Below are positions 1-6,727 of a stretch of DNA of 64,000 nt, one piece after another. The DNA lies in NCBI GenBank assembly GCA_016183425.1, contig JACPEP010000008.1, positions 21,048 through 85,047 of the forward strand, given 5' to 3'. Made by a program: the position numbers and the translations under genes. Within the stretch, counting starts at the first letter, position 1. Each line of letters starts with the position of its first letter. Origin of the DNA: Chloroflexota bacterium (GTDB lineage: Bacteria > Chloroflexota > Dehalococcoidia > JACPEP01). The notes beneath the pieces were generated by a model. It did no database searches and was not told the DNA's origin. It saw only the letters and a program-made list of their open reading frames with translations.

Positions 1-133
1 GCTTAGGAGCCTCCCGGAACATGATGTCGCAGATAGCGCCCATTTCCAGATTCCAGTGGGCCCCCTGTATGCGCTTAAGCTCCCCCAGTTCCTCCACCTG
101 CGTCAGCCAGTCTCGTAAATCTCGATAGGCCAT
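1..133 (-). CDS. UbiD-family decarboxylase, N-terminal part (runs off window)
   Basis: Manual translation MAYRDLRDWLTQVEELGELKRIQGAHWNLEMGAI matches the typical UbiD N-terminus; GAAGGAGGA RBS just upstream. Confidence 0.8.
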   Translation of the reverse strand, partial: MAYRDLRDWLTQVEELGELKRIQGAHWNLEMGAICDIMFREAPK

Positions 134-168
134 TTTGTTCCTCCTTCAACGCGCCTGCCATGTTTCTG

Positions 169-384
169 CCACCCGCCGCCGCTCCTCCTCCGTGAGGCCG
201 TAGAGGTCGTAGACCAGGACGTCTATCTCCCTATCGGTGCGGGCGATCTCCCGCTCCAAGTCTTCTCTCTCACTCTGGGGCAGTGACTTATCCGCCTTCC
301 GGCGATGCAGTTCCAGCATCCCCTCCACCAGGGCCACCAGCCGGCCATGCATCGCCTTCTCTTCCGGGTTATCAAAGTCGATGC
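169..384 (-). repeat. RM-tail repeat copy E (end of the orphan TRD)
   Basis: Direct repeat of ~3700-3915. Confidence 0.9.
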
Positions 385-715
385 GGGGAAGTGGGAGTTT
401 ACCAACATAATAGTCGTCAAAATCCATCGTTCTGATAGCATTGGAGAAGACGAATTTGTAGGCATACCAGGACGCAAATCGGGAATTTAACAAGGCTACA
501 ATAAATTGGTAGGCAAATCTTTGGTCGGTTAAGACAGTGTTCTCCACCGTATCTAAAGTAAGGACGCCGTCTTTGTCTAAGGCAGACATCAGGATTATAT
601 GGTCCGATGGTTGTAGCACATGAGCTACTATGCGTTGGGTCAAAACTTTGGGCTGGCTCAACAAAGAGACCTTTTCGTTCGCTGTTCTCAGGACTTTTTC
701 GGGTAGCCTTTCAGA

Positions 716-759
716 TGATTTATACAGCGCATACCTCTGATTTATACAGCGCATACCTC
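716..759. repeat. 22-bp perfect tandem duplication
   Basis: TGATTTATACAGCGCATACCTC x2. Confidence 0.95.
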
Positions 760-790
760 GTAATGTGATCTCCTCGATAGACTGGCGGGC

Positions 791-896
791 CTAGCAGGGT
801 GTTGAAAAAGCCTGTCGGCGGCGCTACTTGAGACGGCAATCGTGGCTAACTGGACTCAACTTTGGCCCAAGAGGCCGAATTTCAACAGCCTGTTAG
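791..896. mobile_element. MITE / internally deleted IS (IS5/IS1182-like ends)
   Basis: CAGGGTGTTGAAA (795-807) and TTTCAACAGCCTG (880-892) are inverted repeats, flanked by CTAG and TTAG (YTAR-type target). Confidence 0.65.
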
Positions 897-1000
897 GCAC
901 TGACGACCGACCAGACCCCGAAAGCCCAACGAGGCTCGAAACCAAGACTGCCACCTGAAGACGGGGACGAAGACTCTGCCCAAATAAAGAGTCAGGTCTA

Positions 1001-1300
1001 TTAGACATGATAGGTAATGCCGGCACTTGCTTCAAAATTCGCAGAACGTCCACAACGTGCGACAAATGTGCCTGCTGGTAGGTCAACCTCACAACTTGTC
1101 TTACCTTGCGCAAAGATTGGCGGTGACTGGTGGGGTGGATAGTGAAAAAGAAGTCCACGAATTTCGAAGCTAGAAGCCCACTGTCCTAGAGTTATCTTTA
1201 CTGTTTGGAAGGTGGGTATACTGAATATTGCTTCATGGTCAACAATCTCAAGATGGTTTGATTCTCTCCACCACCCAAAACGAACTGTCTTTTCTGTCAT
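1001..1300 (-). CDS. Hypothetical protein (AT-rich, possible cassette remnant)
   Basis: 99-aa ORF with GGGGAG RBS; no recognisable motif. Confidence 0.35.
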   Translation of the reverse strand: MTEKTVRFGWWRESNHLEIVDHEAIFSIPTFQTVKITLGQWASSFEIRGLLFHYPPHQSPPIFAQGKTSCEVDLPAGTFVARCGRSANFEASAGITYHV

Positions 1301-1620
1301 ATTTCATCATCTCCCTTTAATGTTTTTCGGTAATTCCAAAGCCCATTTACCCGCAATTCCCAATGCCTGACGTTCGGCTTCAGCCGCTGCGGCCCAGGGC
1401 GCGGACGATCTCGAGCATATGTCCTCCAAACGCAACGAGGGTCTAACTATTGATTAGGCAGCACCTTTGAAGTACAATGCTCCCCAAGGAGTATTATACC
1501 GCAACCGCCTCGATATCGCCCCCCCCTAGCCTTCTGGCACGCACACCATACGGTGACAATTCGGAGATGGGGCACTTCCGCTACTAATTATATGACTTTT
1601 GTCAATACATTTGTGACGAG

Positions 1621-1693
1621 GCCGTTTAATAATGGGGGTTACAAGGGGGCGAAGCCCCTTTGACGGGGGTCTGGGGGTACCCCCCAGATACAT
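1621..1693 (-). repeat. REP/MITE-like GC palindromic repeat, inverted copy of 6653-6727
   Basis: Reverse complement ATGTATCTGGGGG..CCCCCAGACCCCCGTCAAAGGGGCTTCGCCCCCTTG.AACCCCC.TTATTAAAC matches 6653-6727 with few mismatches. Confidence 0.85.
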
Positions 1694-1696
1694 CAT

Positions 1697-1768
1697 CGCC
1701 CCTTTCGCTGCCTCTATTCTATCCCTTCGCCATTCCATCCACCCGCCGCCGCTCTTCCTCGGTGGGGC
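1697..1768 (-). repeat. RM-tail repeat copy D (short)
   Basis: Encodes TEEERRRVDGMAKG* followed by TAGAATAGAGGCAGCGAAAGGGG. Confidence 0.85.
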
Positions 1769-1808
1769 GGCAAGGTTGCCGGTGGGCTAGAAAAGGCGAG
1801 GCCTTCTT

Positions 1809-2164
1809 TTATGGTAAAGGTCGAGATCGCACCCGACCTGGCGTCACCACGGTTATATGGCTGATCAACTCTTGCAAATCTCTGCCCTCCATGAAATGAG
1901 ATAGAAGATGGGTCAAATCAATGGCGGTGTAGGTGTCTGGCGCCCTAATAAGAACTAGACCTGGGGGCGGGGACGTGGTTCTCGGAAGGGGAAAATCGAG
2001 GTCTCTGTAATAAGTATCCGTCCTTCCTGGGCGGCCTTTTGCCATATGAGGACGTCTTCGCTGCCCCTAAGGGGAGGATCGGCCACTTCTATGAGGTCAT
2101 GTCCCTGGTCGCGGAGTACCTCGGCCATCTGGCGGGGGAGGTTCTCATCGAGGAGGAAGCGCAT
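1809..2164 (-). pseudogene. DUF5615/Mut7-C-like PIN toxin, frameshifted
   Basis: MRFLLDENLP...GRILIT, then a 1-nt deletion near 2006; continues RDLDFP...VVTPGRVRSRPLP in the 1809-2045 frame. Confidence 0.8.
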
Positions 2165-2375
2165 ACAGCCGTTCTTCTGCTAGTGCCTCGGCGGCGTAGG
2201 CTAGGGCGGCCAGCACGTCTTCTTGGGCGAGCCGATATTCCCGGCAGACTTCTTCTACCGTCATTCCTCCCGCTAGAGAGCCGATGACGACCTGGACGGG
2301 CACTCGGGTTCCTTTGATGACCGGCTTGCCCCCCATTATCTCGGGGTTGATGGTGATTCGCTCTTGCCAATTCAT
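2145..2375 (-). CDS. DUF433 family antitoxin
   Basis: MNWQERITINPEIMGGKPVIKGTRVPV...LAYAA signature; AAGGAGG RBS. Confidence 0.9.
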   Translation of the reverse strand: MNWQERITINPEIMGGKPVIKGTRVPVQVVIGSLAGGMTVEEVCREYRLAQEDVLAALAYAAEALAEERLYALPPR

Positions 2376-2381
2376 AGACAG

Positions 2382-2574
2382 CGCCTCCTTTGCTGCCTCT
2401 ATTCTACCCCTTTGCCATTCCCTCCACCAGCCGCCGCTCCTCATCGGTGAGGCCGTAGAGGTCATAGACCAGGGCGTCTATCTCCCTATCGGTGCGGGCG
2501 ACCTTCCGCTCCCGGTCTTCTTTCTCACTCTGGGGGAGGGACTTATCCGCCTTCCGCCGATGCAACTCCAGCAT
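2382..2574 (-). repeat. RM-tail repeat copy C
   Basis: Open frame MLELHRRKADKSLPQSEKEDRERKVARTDREIDALVYDLYGLTDEERRLVEGMAKG*, then TAGAATAGAGGCAGCAAAGGAGG. Confidence 0.92.
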
Positions 2575-2601
2575 GGGACTACCAAAGCTACTGCGACAGC
2601 A

Positions 2602-2823
2602 TTACATTAGTTTGATAAACTCGTCCACCCCAAGACCAGCTTGTCTGATGATGGCGCGCAACGTCCCTCCGTCCAATTCTCTATGGTCAGGAACGACCAC
2701 CTGGGCAAAGGGGTCATCTCGCCGCAAGATCATGTGGCTACCCTCTTGCCGCTTCAGGTAGAATCTAGCCTTACCAAGGGCCTTGACGCACTGGCGTCCG
2801 GAAACCCTCGGCAACTTGCTCAT
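2602..2823 (-). CDS. hicA: HicA family toxin
   Basis: MSKLPRVSG...RQEGSH...VVVPDH...GTLRAIIRQAG motif; overlaps the hicB stop. Confidence 0.9.
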   Translation of the reverse strand: MSKLPRVSGRQCVKALGKARFYLKRQEGSHMILRRDDPFAQVVVPDHRELDGGTLRAIIRQAGLGVDEFIKLM

Positions 2824-3026
2824 ACTGCCACTACCAACGTTTCAAAGCGCTCCTCAGGAACAGGCAGGCCATCTTCCTCTAATGCGGCAACGTAGCCCCG
2901 AATCGCCTCTTTGATGTTGGCAATGGCTTCTTCTTTCGTTTTCCCCTGACTTATGCACCCCGGCAAGCTGGGGCATTCAGCCACCCAGTACCCATCTTCG
3001 CCAGGATAAATTATCACTTGTCGCAT
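2820..3026 (-). CDS. hicB: HicB family antitoxin (short form)
   Basis: EDGYWVAECPSLPGCISQGKTKEEAIANIKEAI. Confidence 0.9.
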   Translation of the reverse strand: MRQVIIYPGEDGYWVAECPSLPGCISQGKTKEEAIANIKEAIRGYVAALEEDGLPVPEERFETLVVAV

Positions 3027-3069
3027 CTTTCACCTCCATGTGGTTCCAGGGCGAACAATAAGCCACTCA

Positions 3070-3221
3070 TATTCTACCCCTTCGCCGCTCCCACCACCAC
3101 CCGCCGCTCCTCCTCCGTGAGGCCGTAGAGGTCGTAGACCAGGGCGTCTATCTCCCTATCGGTGCGGGCGATCTCCCGCTCCATGTCTTCCTTCTCGCTT
3201 TGGGGGAGGGAGTTATCTGCC
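3070..3221 (-). repeat. RM-tail repeat copy B
   Basis: Open frame ADNSLPQSEKEDMEREIARTDREIDALVYDLYGLTEEERRVVVGAAKG*, then TAGAAT. Confidence 0.92.
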
Positions 3222-3446
3222 CCGTAGCAGGGCGATGAGTTCTTGACGAGACATCTCTATGTCTCGTCCAATCTTGAGCAAGATACCTGGCCCCAGGACC
3301 TCCCCGAGGTGCACTGGCACTACCGTGGCTCTGCCATCGGGGTGTTTCAGGAAAACATGGCTTCCTCGTTGGCGCATCACCTAGAAGCCGGCCTGCTCCA
3401 ATGCTCGGACGACCTCGGCTCCAGTAAGGGCAGGGAGTCGGCTCAC
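3213..3446 (-). pseudogene. hicA: HicA family toxin with premature TAG
   Basis: GTG start; SRLPALTGAEVVRALEQAGF*VMRQRGSHVFLKHPDGRATVVPVH...LIALLRGR; stop at 3381-3383. Confidence 0.85.
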
Positions 3447-3653
3447 ACAGCCACCCGCTGTACACCCACCAGTTCCAGGGGCTCCCTCCTCTTCGCCCTG
3501 CACCTCCAGGCACAGCCGGATAGCTTCCTTGATGCGCTCAAGGAGCTCGTCCAGGGAGCGGGCCTGGGTATGGCAGCCGGGCAAAGAAGGGACACTGGCT
3601 ACCAGGTAGCCCTCCTCGTCCCGCTCGATAACCACCGTGAACTCTTGTGCCAT
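3443..3653 (-). pseudogene. hicB: HicB family antitoxin with 3' frameshift (reads on into hicA up to 3381)
   Basis: VVIERDEEGYLVASVPSLPGCHTQARSLDEL; the expected end EPLELVGVQRVAV* lies in another frame. Confidence 0.75.
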
Positions 3654-3679
3654 GGCTCGCCTCCTTCGCTGCCTCTATT

Positions 3680-6583
3680 CTACCCTTTTGCCATTCCCTC
3701 CACCAGCCGCCGCTCCTCTTCCGTGAGGCCGTAGAGGTCGTAGACCAGGGCGTCCATCTCCCTATCGGTGCGGGCGATCTCCCGCTGGATGTCTTCTTTC
3801 TCGCTCTGGGGCAGTGACTTGTCCCCCTTCCGCTTGTGCAGCTCCAGCATCCCCTCCACCAGGGCCACTAGGCGATCATGCATGGCCTTCTCTTCCGGGT
3901 TATCGAAGTCGATGCACCGGATGGGGAGCTGGCGGAGGAACATGGTCTTATATATGAAAAAGCCGCCCATCTTGGGAACTGCTATTCGCTTGTAATAGTA
4001 TTCAAGCAATTTGGAATTCAGCAATGCCAGCAGATAGAGCCGGTTGGCTCGTGTATCATTCTTCAAAACGATGCCACAAACTGTGTCAAGATAGAATTGC
4101 TCGCTTGTGGCTAAGGCAAACTTGGACTCCGACGCGATCTCTTGACAGACGATTTTGCTGACGGCCTGCTTATCATAACTGCGCTCGTTCCACAGCTCAA
4201 ACCAGGCTTTGCCTGAACTCTCAAAATAGTGCCGTCCCGCAAGCTTATCTCGCTTGGACTGCAAGTAGCCATAAACCTTCGGATACAGCGCACTGAGATC
4301 TGTTTCCTCTAACGCAACGCTCTTGCCATTAAGCAAGGAATAGGGGTAAATCATGAGATGGGTCAGTTCTTCAAGATACCAACGTTCAACGTGTCTGCCT
4401 TGAATAGCAGGGCGAAGCAATGCTTCCTCTAGCCCAAGTTGCGCGGCAACTTGACTCGGTACTACGAACACTGAGTTCGCCCCAGTTACAACCCCCTCAT
4501 TGATGCCCTCAACTAACTCTCCCAGGCGGTCAACGCGTCCCGCTTTCACTGCCTCAATAACTGACCGAGCGCTAGGTGATACAAAAGTCCATCCCCCGGC
4601 GGAAAGCGCCGACTGTTTAATTGAATAAGATTCCGCTTCAAGTCCCCCGGCAAAGTAAACGAAGAAATGGTTTTCCGGCCTCCGTTTCTGCACAATGAGT
4701 AAACACGTATAATTTATTGCACCTTCAAACACCTGGCTGTGCTGGAAGTCAACAATGGCTGTGATTGCTGTACGGTCTTTAAGTAACTCCCTAAGACGTG
4801 CACCATGTTGTCGCTTCATGAAATTGGTCGGGCAAATAAAGCCCAAATAGCCTTCTTCTTTAAGTAATTGAAGGCCACGCTCAATAAAAGGTAAATACAG
4901 GTCGAAACGACCAATTGCGCTGTAGTAATTATTGCGCAAATAAGGCTTGTCCTCTTCAAACCCTTGAAATCCCAGATACGGTGGGTTTCCCAACACCACG
5001 TCGAAGCCGCCCCCCTTCGACAGGCTCAGGGCAGAGCGGGCCATGATGTCGGGGAACCCCTCCTCCCAGGTGAAGGGGTGCTTATCACGCCAGGCGTCGC
5101 CAAAGTAGGGCTTTAGCTCCGCCTCGCCGCCGGAGATGAGGGAGTTGCCGCGGCGGATTGTATCGGCCAGGCTGGGCAAAAGCTCCTGCTTGGCCAGGGC
5201 GCGCAGGAGCAGGTTCAGCCGGGCGATCTGCACTGCCTGGTCGTCCAGGTCTACGCCAAAGATATTGCGGGTGAGGATGCTTATACGCTCGGCCCAGCCT
5301 AGCTCTGAGGGGGTCCTACCCTGCACCCGGGCATGATAGGCCAGAAGTTCGTCGTAGGCGCGGATGAGAAAGGAGCCGGAGCCGCAGGCCGGGTCGAGGA
5401 TCTTCATATTGAAGACTTCATCATAGGTGCGCTCCGCCAGGAAGCGCCCCACTGTCTGGCGGACGATATAGTCCACCACCCACCTGGGGGTGTAGTAGAT
5501 GCCCTGGGCCTTACGCTTTTGCTTCTTGGCGGCTAGCTCATAGCTCAGGTCTTCACCCTTGCCCAAAAGCCTTAACTGCCTTTCCTCTTGCCGAGCGCGC
5601 TCCTTCATCACTTCGGCTACATGGCCCAGGTATTGCTCATAGACGGCCCCCAGAACATCGGCGTCGATGGCGGCGAAGTCGTAACCGGCCAGGCTCCGCG
5701 GCCGTTCGTAGAGCCCCTTAAGGATGTCTCCCAGGATATCGCTTGTGACAAAGACGGAGTCCCAGGGATTGAGGACAGGGAAAAGGTCGCTGTCGTAGCG
5801 TTGGGCGAATTCGTGGAATATGCGTCGAACATCGTCGAGAAGTTCGCCCGTATAGCCGCCGTGGCTCCCTCGCTGGTGAAGGGCCGCCAGGAGAAGGTGC
5901 TCCTCGATGCCCCTGTCCTCGGCGGTGCGGATGAAGATGAGGCGATTCAACAACTGCTGGATGAGCTCGTCGATTTGAGGGAGGCTCAGCCCAGGGTGAT
6001 ACTTGGCAATTTCGTTAAACAGCGTCTCCCGCCACTGGCGCAACTGGTCAAAGAGGCTCTTTTCCACCGGAACCCTGGGGCGCAGCGCCCCATACTGCCT
6101 TGCCTCCCTTTCGAAATGGCCGCTCTGCCAAGAAGATTTGGAGAGAAGCCAGAGCTTCTCGAAGTTCTCCAGGTAGTCCTGGGAGTCCAGACTGATGAAC
6201 AGTCGTTCCTCCTCAGCGCTAAAGACGCGCAACGCCCTGAAGTTGGTTAGTACCGCCCAGTTGACTCCTTTATTGTAGGCGTAAGTGATGGCCTGTCTTT
6301 TGAATTCAAGGTCATCCAAGTTCCGATAGGGACGTTTGACCTCGACAATGAACTGGGTTACCCCGCCAATACGGAAAATATAATCGGCCCTTTCGCGGGC
6401 CACGTTGTCCTCTACTGAGACTTCGTCGGGGTTCCGCACATCCCAGCCCAGGGCCTCGAAGAGGGGATTGATGAAGGACTGACGCGTTTGCGCCTCGTTC
6501 ATGCGGCGCAGTTGGGCATCCGTCCGCCGGTGGAAGTCTGCCACCATTGTGTCGATCTGGCGCTGGGCCTCTTCCTTAGTCAT
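3680..6583 (-). CDS. Type IIG restriction-modification enzyme (PD-(D/E)XK nuclease + N6-adenine MTase + TRD)
   Basis: N-terminal RADY...IVEVK nuclease motif; YYTP, ILDPACGSGSFL (motif I), GNPPY (motif IV); C-terminal TRD and LVYDLYGLT tail; ORF extends to 6601. Confidence 0.92.
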   Translation of the reverse strand: MTKEEAQRQIDTMVADFHRRTDAQLRRMNEAQTRQSFINPLFEALGWDVRNPDEVSVEDNVARERADYIFRIGGVTQFIVEVKRPYRNLDDLEFKRQAITYAYNKGVNWAVLTNFRALRVFSAEEERLFISLDSQDYLENFEKLWLLSKSSWQSGHFEREARQYGALRPRVPVEKSLFDQLRQWRETLFNEIAKYHPGLSLPQIDELIQQLLNRLIFIRTAEDRGIEEHLLLAALHQRGSHGGYTGELLDDVRRIFHEFAQRYDSDLFPVLNPWDSVFVTSDILGDILKGLYERPRSLAGYDFAAIDADVLGAVYEQYLGHVAEVMKERARQEERQLRLLGKGEDLSYELAAKKQKRKAQGIYYTPRWVVDYIVRQTVGRFLAERTYDEVFNMKILDPACGSGSFLIRAYDELLAYHARVQGRTPSELGWAERISILTRNIFGVDLDDQAVQIARLNLLLRALAKQELLPSLADTIRRGNSLISGGEAELKPYFGDAWRDKHPFTWEEGFPDIMARSALSLSKGGGFDVVLGNPPYLGFQGFEEDKPYLRNNYYSAIGRFDLYLPFIERGLQLLKEEGYLGFICPTNFMKRQHGARLRELLKDRTAITAIVDFQHSQVFEGAINYTCLLIVQKRRPENHFFVYFAGGLEAESYSIKQSALSAGGWTFVSPSARSVIEAVKAGRVDRLGELVEGINEGVVTGANSVFVVPSQVAAQLGLEEALLRPAIQGRHVERWYLEELTHLMIYPYSLLNGKSVALEETDLSALYPKVYGYLQSKRDKLAGRHYFESSGKAWFELWNERSYDKQAVSKIVCQEIASESKFALATSEQFYLDTVCGIVLKNDTRANRLYLLALLNSKLLEYYYKRIAVPKMGGFFIYKTMFLRQLPIRCIDFDNPEEKAMHDRLVALVEGMLELHKRKGDKSLPQSEKEDIQREIARTDREMDALVYDLYGLTEEERRLVEGMAKG

Positions 6584-6610
6584 GGAGAGAGCGTTTAGCA
6601 ACCTTTTTCG

Positions 6611-6727
6611 ACCATCCCCCTGGCCCCCTTCCTGGCCAGGAAGGGGGTGGTAATGTATCTGGGGGACACCCCCAGACCCCCGTCAAAGGGGGCTTCGCCC
6701 CCTTGCAACCCCCGTTATTAAACAGTC
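6611..6727 (+). repeat. REP/MITE-like multi-hairpin repeat
   Basis: CCCCCTTCCTGGCCAGGAAGGGGG hairpin followed by the ~73-bp unit shared with 1621-1693. Confidence 0.8.

Larger units (their letters stand above)
146..790 (-). pseudogene. Orphan C-terminal target-recognition domain plus conserved tail of a type IIG RM enzyme, 5'-truncated
   Basis: ORF 146-754 ends RIDFDNPEEKAMH...EIDVLVYDLYGLTEEERR, nearly identical to the tail of 3680-6601 but with a different TRD; removing a 22-bp tandem duplication (716-759) restores PVYRGDHITRYALY up to ~790. Confidence 0.8.

Noticed and set aside
169..3915. CRISPR array or diversity-generating retroelement as the explanation for the repeats
   Set aside because: Repeats are long, variable in length and protein-coding, with whole genes between them. 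Mismatches are not adenine-specific, and no cas or reverse transcriptase gene is in the window.
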